A stretch of 46,487 nucleotides of DNA from NCBI RefSeq assembly GCF_006345805.1, contig NW_021835061.1:1-46487 (forward strand). The letters run 5' to 3'. The notes below the pieces were generated by a model, which did no database searches, had not been told where the DNA came from, and saw only the letters and a program-made list of their open reading frames with translations. Numbering within the stretch: position 1 is the first letter of the stretch; every line of letters begins with the position of its first letter. This document shows, piece after piece, positions 35,813 to 46,487 of the stretch. Source of the DNA: Octopus sinensis (taxonomy: Eukaryota). The position numbers and the translations under genes were made by a program.

Positions 35813-37503
35813 ATATATATATATATATTTATGTTTATGTGTCTGTGTCCCCCCACCTCAACTTCGCTTGACAAGCGATTTTGGTATGTTTACGTCCTCG
35901 TAACTTAACGGTTCGGCAAAAGGGACCGATAGAACAATTACTAGACTTACAAAGAATACCACACAGCCAAGATATATTCATATTCATGCAATCATTGAAA
36001 CCAACTCAGAAACCTGAATAAAAACTCAGTTGTACATTGTTGTAGTAGCTTCTTACCAGCAACTTTTATCTCTCCTCTGTCTCACCAAATCGTTATTTTG
36101 AAAGGTTGTCGTGCATTGAGCCGAAAAGGTAGAAGTCAGACGCCGTCAGATTTATGCTGCATGGCGGATACGGTGAGGCGGTGGGCAAAAACCAGCCCAG
36201 TCTGTCCATTGCCTGATTTGCTGCTAAGATATGTATTGTTCATTGTCATGGTGCAATCTCGTTGAGATACCTTCATTGGGGATATTAATTGTTGACGGGA
36301 CTATTTCTGCCTGTGTTTAAGCCTTCAGCTTTTAGATTACTTTATTAAATGTCATGCTTATTAATCCCCATTCTAACAAATTAATCATGCGCAGGAGTAG
36401 CTGTGTGGTAAGTAGCTTGCTTACCAACCACATGGTTCCGGGTTCAGTCCCACTACGCAAGTGTCTTCTACTATAGGCCAACCAAAGCCTTGTGAGTGGA
36501 TTTGGTAGAAGGAAATTGAAAGAAGCTTGTCGTATATATATACGTTGTTGTTGTAATTATGGCTAGTGTGCTGTTAGCGGTTGATGGTTGTGATCATGGG
36601 GATGATTGTTGTGGCGATGGCGCTTTTTAGTTGCAGTTGTTCTGTCGGTGTTTGTTGGTTGTACTTATAGTTATGGTCATAGCTGTTGTGGTTTAATGTG
36701 GTGTAAGTTGTGGTTATAGTTTTAGTTGTGATCATGTTGTGGTTTTGGTATTTGTTGGTCGAAGTTGTCGTAGCTGTTGTAGATGAGGCTATGGCGTTTG
36801 TGGTTATAACTGTGATTGTTGTGATGTTGGTATTTGTTTCATAGTAGTTGTGGTTGCTGTGATAGTTGTAATGGTCTTGGTTATATTTACTGTTTGTGGC
36901 TACATCGTGGCCTAGATAATAATGTCTAAGAATTTTTCAATTTCACGATCGAATGCAGTTGGCCTTATTGTATTTTAGCTGTTTGCCTCAGTGACCACTT
37001 AGCTGTAGAAAAGGATGTGTCACTTCCGCAATGAATATTATTGCGTATGTATGCCTGAACGTGTGTGCGTTCGACTTAAAAAGTACATGACAATGAATGT
37101 TTGGCTCGCCAGTTCAGGTGTTTGATCAAACAGTCTAAAATATTGTTTCCAGCCCCATGGTCCAGTGAGTGGTCTGATGGTGTGGCGGTGGAAGTGCTGG
37201 TGCTTCAGAGAAGTAAGGTTTCTATTAATCCGGTTTGAGGTAGCTGCCTTTGTAAAATGCAGACTTATTGTGCATGAGTAATAGCTGCTGGTAGCCATCT
37301 TACCCGACATCGCTTCAATAATGCTTGCATGTACACACCGAGTATAACTTTTAGCCATTCAATTTCTGCTATAACACACTCTTTCTTTCTTTCTTTCTCT
37401 CTTTCTTTCACTCTTCCTTTATTTATTTATTTCTCTCTTTCTCTTTCTTCTCTCTTTCTCTATTTCTATCTCTTTTTCTTTCCTACTTTCTTTCTTTTCT
37501 CCC

Positions 37504-37606
<103 letters not shown>

Positions 37607-37748
37607 TGTATATATAAAATGTATGCATGCGTGTATGTATATACCTATGTATGTATACACATATATCTTTCAATTAATCGCCATATCTTTCTTAATGTGT
37701 CTATTTTCTCATTCAGCGATCCATTTCCATCTCACCTTCATCTCTCTT

Positions 37749-37783
<35 letters not shown>

Positions 37784-37980
37784 TCTCTGTAAGTCAGTTA
37801 CTCTGCAATTGCTTGCAAGCATGTGTGTGTGTGTGTGTGTGTGTCTGTCTGTCTGTCATAGTGAAACAGTGAGGACTTGTAACACATTCCAGCGATTACT
37901 CATTTGATTTTCCTGGAATGAACACACACGGAACATCACATATGCACATAACACACATACACATACAAAATATATATTCA

Positions 37981-38038
<58 letters not shown>

Positions 38039-38402
38039 TACACACACACACACCCGCACAAGACTACGTATGCTTGTGTACTACAGACACTTCTTGTACG
38101 CTCATTACCTGAGATGAAGTGCACCCAGATAAGCAATTACATACATCGCATGCACACTCTCAATTCTCATTGATATATTCACAAAATACTTGGAAATGTC
38201 GTGCTTAAACAAAGAGACTTTCACACTTTTTTACTGACCAGATTGAATTCTGCATAGAAACACTTCAATAAATTTCAGATAAGATATAAATACATATATA
38301 TGTAAGCACATAAGCTTTACGTACATAAAAATGTATAGTTACACGTTTATACATATGTTCTTTAATTAAATAGGTGATGGCATACAACTGCCCAATTTCT
38401 AA

Positions 38403-38790
38403 AGTGGTGAGCTGGCAGAAACGTTAGCATGCCGGGCGAAATGCTTAGCAGTATTTCGTCTGCCGCTACGTTCTGAGTTCAAATTCCGCCGTGGTCGACT
38501 TTGCCTTTCATCCTTTCGGGATCGATTAAATAAATACCAGTTACGCAAAGGGGTCGATATAATTGACTTAATCCGTTTGTCTGTCCTTGTTTGTCCCCTC
38601 TGTGTTTAGCCCCTTGTAGGTAGTAAAGAAATAGGTATTTTGTCTGCCGTTACGTTCTGAGTTCAAATTCCGCCGAGGTTGACTTTGCCTTTCATCCTTT
38701 CGGGGTCGATAAATTAAGTAACAGTTGCGTACTGGGGTCGATCTAATTAACTGCCCCCTCTCCGAAAACTTCGGGCTTTGTGCCTCGTGT
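38403..38790 (+). mobile_element. SINE family A, dimeric form
   Basis: Head, body, linker (aatccgtttgtctgtccttgtttgtcccctctgtgtttagccccttg), second body, then the normal tail. Confidence 0.85.
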
Positions 38791-39030
38791 GGAAAGGAAT
38801 ATATACGCTTTCTTTTATTTGTTTCAGCCATTTGACTGCGGCCATGCTGGAGAACCGCCTTTAGTCGAACGAATCGACAACAGAACTTATTCTTTGTAAT
38901 TCTAGTAATTATTCATCGGTGTCTTTTGCCGAACCGCTAAGTTACAGGTACCGTAAACACACCAACATCGGTTGTCATGCGATGGTGGACACACACACAT
39001 TTGTGTGTGTGTGTGTGTATATACATATAT

Positions 39031-39083
39031 ATTAAAATTATAAATTAGGGTATCTACGAGATGCCCTAATTTATAATTTTAAT
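39031..39083. repeat. 53-bp fold-back palindrome
   Basis: attaaaattataaattaggg / ccctaatttataattttaat are exact 20-nt arms around tatct-acg-agatg. Confidence 0.9.
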
Positions 39084-39329
39084 AATTATTACCTTTGAAG
39101 GTTATTTTTTCCATGCTTACCACTTGATAAGTTCATTATTTTATTTTAAATTAACAATTTTATCCTTATTTATATAAATTTAAATATATTTCGTCACTGT
39201 ACTGCGGTGATATTTTACCATATATCACATGGAATTAGCGGGCATTTTGAACTACCCTTGATGTATACGTGCATATATATGTAGGTAATATGTTCGTATA
39301 TGTAAGTATTCGTATGTTGTATTTATATA

Positions 39330-40617
39330 CGAGGGACGTTCAATAAGTAATGCCTCTGACCCACTTGCAGTTGTTTGATCTAGCTGAAATTTTGCTTGTG
39401 CAATTATTTATGTCTCTATAGATTAAGTGGCAAATTACAGCTCTGAACTAATTGTGGTTTCTGATTTACAGGTGTTTGAACTGAGTCAAGTGTGAAATGG
39501 AGCCTGTTGAGTGTCGAGCAGTGATCCGGTTTTTGTATTTGAAAGGACGCACACCACGGGAGACCTTTGATGAAATGAAAGTAACTTATGGAGATGATGC
39601 CCATCATAGACCTTGTAAAACGCTGGCATCGTGAATTCAAACATGGTCGAACTCTGTGGAAACAGCTCCCAGATCTGGTCGTACCCCTTCTGCCATTGAT
39701 GAGGCATCTGTCCGTCAAGTTGATGCTGCCATTTGGAGAATCGACGCATAACTATTCGCCAAATAGCCAATGAGGTCAAGATTAGTACCGGGTCTGTGGA
39801 AACTATCATTTATGACCATTGCATATGCAAAAGGTGTCTGCCAGATGGATTCCCTGTTGCTCACACCTTTCCAGAAGCAAGAACGCGTCGAGTGCTCGAG
39901 GATAAAATTTGGAGATGTGCCACGAAGATGAGTCAAAATTTTTCAAAAGACTGTTTACACAGGATGAAACCTGGGTCCATTACTATGATCCAGAGACCAA
40001 AGTCCAGTCAATGCAGTGGAAGCACCGTGACTCACCTCCTCCAAAGAAGGCAAGGGTGCAGCCCTCCGCTGGCAAGGTCATGCTCACAGTCTTCTGTGAC
40101 CAGGACGGAGTAGTGATGACAGATTTCCTGGCAAAGGGTACCACAATTACAGGAGCCTATTATGCTTCACTTTTGAAGAAATTAAGAGAAGCTATCAAAA
40201 TCAAGAGGCGGGGCAAGATCAGCAAAGGCATCCTCCTCCTGCAGGACAACGCTCCGGTCCACAACTCGCGTGTAGCCAGGTCAGAAGCACAGGCGTGCGG
40301 CTATGAACTCCTCCCCCATCCCCCCTACTCTCCTGACCTTGGACCCTCTGATTTTCACCTCTTTCCAGCCATGAGGTTGTTTTTGAAAGGAAAGCGTTTC
40401 CCAGATGATGCAGCCTTGATTTCTGAAGTCATGTCGTGGTTGGAGGACCAAGCTGGGGTCTTCTACAAAAACGGTCTCCAGAGCTGCATCAAACGATGGG
40501 AGAAATACATAAGTCTGGGTGGTTCCTATGTAGAAAAAGACTAATAACTGTGTCAAGTTTCGTTGCTCTACTGCTATGGGAAGTGGGTCAGGGGCATTAC
40601 TTATTGAACGCCCCTCG
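39330..40617 (+). mobile_element. Full-length mariner DNA transposon (1,288 bp, 37-bp TIRs, TA target duplication)
   Basis: Left TIR cgagggacgttcaataagtaatgcctctgacccactt (39330-39366) versus right TIR (40581-40617), 2 mismatches. TA at 39328-39329 and 40618-40619. Confidence 0.97.
39497..40544 (+). pseudogene. Mariner DD34D transposase, frameshifted in the N-terminal half
   Basis: MEPVECRAVIRFLYLKG (HTH region)...TQDETWVHYYDPE...LLQDNAPVH...HPPYSPDLGPSDFHLF. I counted 34 residues between the second and third Asp. The C-terminal 211 codons are uninterrupted. Confidence 0.95.
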
Positions 40618-40648
40618 TATATATATATTTATGTTTCTTTCTGAGTGT

Positions 40649-40707
40649 ATTCTACTGACGAAGCAAAGCATTTCTAAATGCACATCCAGAAATCCGCGAT
40701 CTAGAAT
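40649..40707 (+). ncRNA. Type I hammerhead ribozyme fold
   Basis: attcta-CTGACGA-agcaaa-gcatt-tcta-aatgc-acatcca-GAAA-tc-cgc-gA-TC-tagaat. Helix I is 6 bp and the predicted site is AUC. Confidence 0.62.
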
Positions 40708-41246
40708 TATCCAGGAATTTTTTAATAGTTTAATCTTGTCTCTCTGTCTTTTCTCCATGTTGTTATATGAAAACTTAAGGTGATTTTAGAGACGGTTCGT
40801 GGATGCTATATACGACAGGTTTCTTTCCGTTTCCGTCTACCAAATCCACTCACAAGGCCTGGGGTTATAGTAGAAGACACTTGCCCAAGATGCCACACAG
40901 TGAATCTGAACCCGGAACTATGTGGTTGGGAAGCAAGCTTCTTACCAAACAGCCTCGTCAGCGCCTATACATATCTTTATTTCGTATGTTGGTTCATGTA
41001 ATGTATCTATACAAATTGTATCTACATTTCTCTTATTCTTTTCTTGTTCTAGTCATTGACTGGGGCCATGCTAAGGCACCGCCGCCTTGAAGAATTTTCA
41101 GTCGAATCTTTGAATCGGCCCCACGGCTTATATTTTTTAAAGGCTGGTATTTACTCTATCGGTCATGTTTGCCGAAATGCTAAGTTAAGGGGACGTTAAA
41201 ACACCTACACTCGATGTGAAGGGGCGGTGGTGGACAAAACAACACC

Positions 41247-41291
<45 letters not shown>

Positions 41292-41325
41292 CATACATAC
41301 ACACAGACACATACACACACATATG

Positions 41326-41370
<45 letters not shown>

Positions 41371-41781
41371 ATAATATATATACATGTATATAACTGGCTT
41401 CTTTCAGTTTCCATCTACCAAATCCACCTCAAAAGTGAGTGATTTGGTATTAGTATATAACTAGTACTGTTATATAAAGAGGAAAGATTAAAGTTGCAAC
41501 AAGAACAATTTCAGCGTAGAACGTAAAATAATGGCCGGTGTCGGGTTAGTTACATTGAACCCGGTGAAAGTAATGACTTTTGCTACGAGTAGGTTGTTTT
41601 CCAAAATGGAGGCCAACAACTTTCTCCACGTAATCAGCTTGAAAAAATGTTAAGACACTAGGATATTTTCCGACTTCTCTTAACATGTAACGAATGGTAG
41701 CCTTAATTCACAAATAAAGACAATGTACCGCCGATGTGGTGTTGAGCATTCATTTCCATCGTTCGACAATTATATATATAG

Positions 41782-41858
<77 letters not shown>

Positions 41859-41875
41859 GTATATATATATATATA

Positions 41876-42690
41876 CTAGCAGAATGCCCGGCGTTGCTGT
41901 CGGGCTGAATTGCTTGAAAGTACTGTTAATGATTGCACTGAATTATGATGATTATTCAGGCAAATATTGATATAAGTTTACGGTGGGAGATAAGGACTTA
42001 ACGATCAAACGGTGTCATTGCATTGTTTTGGGGGAACCAAATTTCTGATGAGCATTATAGGGGCACCAACTTTAAGTTTGAGAAAGTGTGGTGGTAGTCC
42101 GGGGTGCTCAAAGGAATTGAGTACCTCTATTGGATAGTTGATGACGTCCTCTGGGTCAGGAGTTGTATCGATAGACTGATATACATAGACTTCTCCAGGA
42201 ATGAGTTTTAGCATTTCATCATTAATATGGTGAACAGTTTTATTCCTTGGGGCCAGTATAGCCTTTTTGCCAATCCAATCCATATTCTGATAATTAGCTT
42301 GTAGATCTGGGAACACTGCATCTCTGAGATCAGAAGGCGTCTTAACAATGTTACAAATGGAATCGATGGCAATATTACCATTTTCATCCCCTGGTATTTT
42401 GCCTTCGCCAAGTGCAAGGAGGGTGTGAGGAAATGCTGCTGATGTGATATTACGTCGCATATGAGCACGCATATTGGTGTGAAGTTTGAGAGTTACTTCC
42501 CTTTATTAAAAAAAATATACATTAAAATGGAAAAAAATGATGGTAAATTATTTGTAAAATCATAGAAGGGCTCGATATGAATCACGACTATAAGATACCC
42601 GGTTTTGGTTAAACTGCATCGCAAAATGTGGGAGTAGTTAGGAATCTAAATCGGAGTAGACAGACACACAACCTTTCTTTTATATATAAA
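41876..42690 (-). mobile_element. Internally deleted Helitron (815 bp) with both termini
   Basis: Minus-strand 5' end a|tttatatataaaagaaaggttgtgtgtctgtc (TC start degenerated to TT). 3' hairpin cccg-acagcaacgc-cggg, then CTAG|t at 41876. Confidence 0.85.
42005..42472 (-). pseudogene. Helitron PIF1-family helicase fragment
   Basis: LLALGEGK...AVFPDL...KAILAPRNKTVHHINDEML...YQSIDT...YPIEVLNSFEHPGLPPHFLKLKVGAPIMLIRNLVPPKQCN matches the Helitron helicase motifs LAP.N..V..IN and LKVGAPIMLIRNL....CNGT. Confidence 0.93.
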
Positions 42691-43249
42691 TATTTTCGTC
42701 CTAAAAACTTTGTATGGATTGAATGGTTACCTCTATGGAAATATATACACGCACATTATACATACATGTGTGTATAGATGAATATATAAATACACTTAAA
42801 TATCTATATACACTTCTGGGCGATCTTTCTGTTTCTTAGAGATAACTTTATCCCGTCCGATTCGCTCCAAAATTTACAGGGACATGTAGAATGAGGTGAC
42901 GAAATCCCTATCTTAAAAGGTGTGGTTGCTAGGGGCCATCTTCCTCACTCACCCTATTTCCTCCAGTACCCTTTCACTCCTCTTCATTTGACAAGCCACT
43001 ACGGTTATTTAATGTAAAGTCTTCCTCAAATCACTCTCTCGCTATTTACTCTCTTCCAAGAACATTTTCACTCACTCTTATCTCTTAGCTTCCCATACAT
43101 TTTACTCATGTATCTATCAGCGTCATAGACAGAAACAAATATTACATCGCCATCGCATTCTATTGTCTACCTGTCAACACACACACAGCGAATTACTTTC
43201 ACTTTATTCGTTGCACACTGTGTGTGTGTGCGTGTGCGTGTGCTGTAGA

Positions 43250-43464
43250 CCACACTAAGAGAAGCATTTGACTCATACACCACAATGTGAGTTTTCTCTA
43301 AATTTTGCTTAATTGGGGTTGAAATTTTAAAAAGTGGACCTGGCAAAACCCGATGCATTCTACTCTTAAAAATGCTAGGTAAATTGTAATTGAAGAAATC
43401 CTATATTGTAGATTTCTATAAGAGACAAAGGGAGGCAGATAAAATCTGCCTTTTATAATAAGAG

Positions 43465-43467
<3 letters not shown>
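43250..43467 (-). mobile_element. Probable 5' end of another non-autonomous Helitron-like repeat
   Basis: Minus strand begins a|tctcttattataaaaggcagattttatctgcct, resembling the Helitron 5' end at 42690. No 3' CTAG terminus found. Confidence 0.35.
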
Positions 43468-43496
<29 letters not shown>

Positions 43497-43569
43497 TATA
43501 TGTGTGTGTGTTTCATATGTATATATATGTATATATGCAGGTATACATACATATATATATGTATGTATG

Positions 43570-43632
<63 letters not shown>

Positions 43633-43787
43633 ATATACACATATATAAATAATTTGGGAAAACAAATGTCCAAATGAATGTGTAACTTCAGCATTATATG
43701 CATCTACATATCGTACTTTTGTGGTCTTATTTATCGTATTTTTGTATATCTATCTATAAATATACACAGTATCTGATAAAAGTCAAA

Positions 43788-43861
43788 ATTCAATTTTGGA
43801 GGATTAATCGATATGCGATTAATAGAATACCCACATATCGATTAATCCCCCAAAATTGAAT
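43788..43861. repeat. Inverted repeat with 28-bp arms (1 mismatch) and an 18-nt spacer
   Basis: attcaattttggaggattaatcgatatg ... catatcgattaatcccccaaaattgaat. Confidence 0.9.
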
Positions 43862-44487
43862 ATATACATTTATATATACATATAAACACACACACACACA
43901 TATATATATGTACGTATATACATATATATACACATATGTGAACATATATGTGCATGTGTGTTCGTGTCCGTGCGTGCTATTCATGTGTACGTATGTGTAT
44001 ATATAAGTATATATATATATATATATATAATATATATGTGTGTGTGTGTGTGTGTGGTGTGTGTTGTGTGTGTGTGTGAGTGTGAATAGTCCATTTGTAT
44101 GTATGTAGTCTATATATATATTCTATAATTTTCCCATTACCATTTTACTGAGCCATCCATTGATTCATGTAGTAAATACCATATTTACTGACTGGTGGGA
44201 TCTAACTTAACCATCAGCGATGGAGTAGTTGCCACTGAGGAACTTTAATTCCAAGCGAAACCAGCGTGCCAGCGTGGTGATCACGCTCGCTGTGGGACGA
44301 TTATCTCCCTTGTCAGAAGATAGAAAATGTACTTTTTCTGACGATAAAGGTCATTGAGTCTTGTTTCTAGCAATATAGGTGCTACCCCACGCCCTCAGTC
44401 ACTATTAAGGACAATTGAACTTTTCCTTTTTCGTCTTATATTGTGTCTAGTCACTTTCATTATTTTATGTGTGTATATATAAATATG

Positions 44488-44590
<103 letters not shown>

Positions 44591-44997
44591 CTCTCTCTAT
44601 ATATATATATTCAAACTTACATACATACACATGACCACACACACGTGTGTGTATGTATACGTGCAAAGATATATTCTTGTGAGATTCAGAATTATTTTAA
44701 ATATCACTAGTATTTCCTATCGTAAAAGAAAACTGAAAAACAAAAATTAAAAAATGAAATCTAAAAATGAAATCTAAAATTCGGAAGCCAGCTGTCAGCC
44801 AAGAAACCTGAAACAAAAAAATAATCAAATAAGCTTAATCTGTACCATTTATACAGACTCAAATAAATCGGTCAAAGTTATAGATGTAGCTTGTAGAAAA
44901 TGGTGATTTGTAAATACGAGAAGAAAATGATTGTTTTACCTGCCAGGCCGAAACAATAGTGATACCAGCTGTCATTGGTAAAATGTCTCTTATTCGA

Positions 44998-45076
<79 letters not shown>

Positions 45077-45169
45077 ATTATATATATATATATGTATGTA
45101 TATATATATATATATATGTATGTATATATATATATATGTATATATGTATGTATATATCTATATATATAT

Positions 45170-45203
<34 letters not shown>

Positions 45204-45204
45204 G

Positions 45205-45249
<45 letters not shown>

Positions 45250-45269
45250 AACATATATATATATATATA

Positions 45270-46487
45270 TGGAAAAAAGTCAAGATAGAAAATGCTAAAA
45301 TAATTTTCTGAAAAATATTTCAGTACCGGTCATTGAGACTTTCAACTGTAGGTGTGAAAAACAATTTAATTTTGGAAAAAATTAAGAGAAAAGTTATTTA
45401 AAAAGAATATTTGCATATGGGAGTGCCATGATAGTAGTATGTTGATTGGTCAGCTGCCCCGAAAATGACCCGCCGTGGATGGTAGTAGTAATTGTTGAAT
45501 TCCTGGAACATTTCTTTTGAATGTTTTGCCTATAAAATTTGCGTAGGTGTTATTCTAAACAGCAATAGTGGTAAAGTTAGGAAGGAGGAGGAAGAAGACA
45601 AAGAAGACGAAAAAGAAGAAATAGAAGGGAGAATAAGAAGGAATGTACATAGTATGAAACTAGTAAGGTGTTAAATGCTCAAATGACTTAAAATTGGCAC
45701 GTTATGGAATATAGGAGTGATTGGGACTGTTTTTTAATAAATTCTTGGGAATATGTTGAGTGTATCATTTTTAATATTTGCGTGTGTATTTGTGTTATTC
45801 TAAGGCTGTGTTGGATATGTTGTTTGTTGTAGACGCGTTCAAAAGGGGTCTGTATTTTGTAATAAAGAGAGTCTCTTTACTAATTCATTGGCTCCAGGTT
45901 GTATAGTCCCTGAATTTGTACAAGGGGAAAATTCTGAAGCTTGGATTTTTAGTATTGGCACAAATGTCTATGTGTTGGCTGAATGCTATTTTTCTGTTTG
46001 GGGGAATTTTGATCTGGGATCTGTGCCGGGCCATTCTTTTACGTACACTGTTTCTTGTTTGGCCTATGTATTACTCTTGACACCCAGAGCAGGTTAGTGC
46101 GTATATCAGGTTCTTCGAAGCAAATGTGAAGTTGCTTTTCACTATGAAACGTTGTCCCCGTTTGAAGGAGATCTCTGATCCCTCAATTAAATAGACGCAT
46201 ATCCCACAGTTGGGTCTTCCGCATTTTTTTACTGACGGCTTCTGTGTCGATGAGCGCATTCGGGCTTGTGTTAGGAGACTTTTCATAGATTTGGGCTATC
46301 TCTAGCTTTTTATGAAGATGTATGTTTGGAGGATTAAGTTCATTCTGTGACCCTTTTTTTAGCAGCGGTATGTTTTGGAGGATGGCGTTGAAGGCTTCAT
46401 TACTGAGAGGGTTGTGTGTGGAGATGTATGGTAGGGGTTTTGGTTGTAATCTTTCTTTATTTATGTCTTGTGCTTTTAGTAGAACAA
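45270..46487 (-). mobile_element. Penelope-like element, 3' part, running off the window edge; the left boundary is approximate
   Basis: RT thumb remnant and GIY-YIG endonuclease, followed by an AT- and pyrimidine-rich 3' region that ends at (TA)n. Confidence 0.85.
45795..46487 (-). pseudogene. Penelope-like polyprotein C-terminus (RT thumb, Cys-rich linker, GIY-YIG endonuclease)
   Basis: KPLPYISTHNP...KKCGRPNCGICVYL...NLIYALTCSGCQE*YIGQTRNSVRKRMARHRSQI...FRIFPL...*ISKETLFITKYRPLLN, with in-frame stops. Confidence 0.9.

Noticed and set aside
37038-37358. 106-aa minus-strand ORF in unique sequence
   Set aside because: No recognisable domain, and the length is within the chance range for a GC-richer island.
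39416-40556. Minus-strand and alternative-frame ORFs inside the mariner
   Set aside because: They are shadow frames of the transposase gene.
42040-42060. CTGATGAG motif
   Set aside because: It lies on the antisense strand of the Helitron helicase coding sequence, with no matching GAAA or helices.
44228-44285. CTGAGGA...GAAAC hammerhead-like spacing
   Set aside because: The putative cleavage triplet is GUG (non-cleavable) and helix I cannot form.

Overview
Repeat-saturated, AT-rich eukaryotic DNA with no intact host gene that I can support. The dense (TA)n/(AAT)n/(ATCT)n microsatellites and the recurring tRNA-headed SINE families are most consistent with an octopus (cephalopod) genome; this is inference from repeat style. 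Content: several 3' fragments of R4/Dong-clade non-LTR retrotransposons, mostly abutting (AAT)n tracts; three stacked Tx1-clade fragments inside one (ATCT)n tract, plus a second Tx1 subfamily; two RTE-clade 3' fragments; a full-length 1,288-bp DD34D mariner; an internally deleted Helitron with both termini; a Penelope-like (GIY-YIG) element at the right edge; and many SINE copies (families A-D are my labels). Most ORFs in the supplied track are microsatellite translations. Best leads: (1) an apparently (ATCT)n/(GATA)n-targeting Tx1 family; (2) a 3'-UTR stem-loop with a C-NGGTA-G type loop shared by divergent R4/Dong subfamilies and by a non-coding element that may parasitise them; (3) four complete and three degenerate type I hammerhead ribozyme folds, some tied to asymmetric fold-back palindromes typical of Penelope-like insertions. 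All folds and alignments were done by eye.
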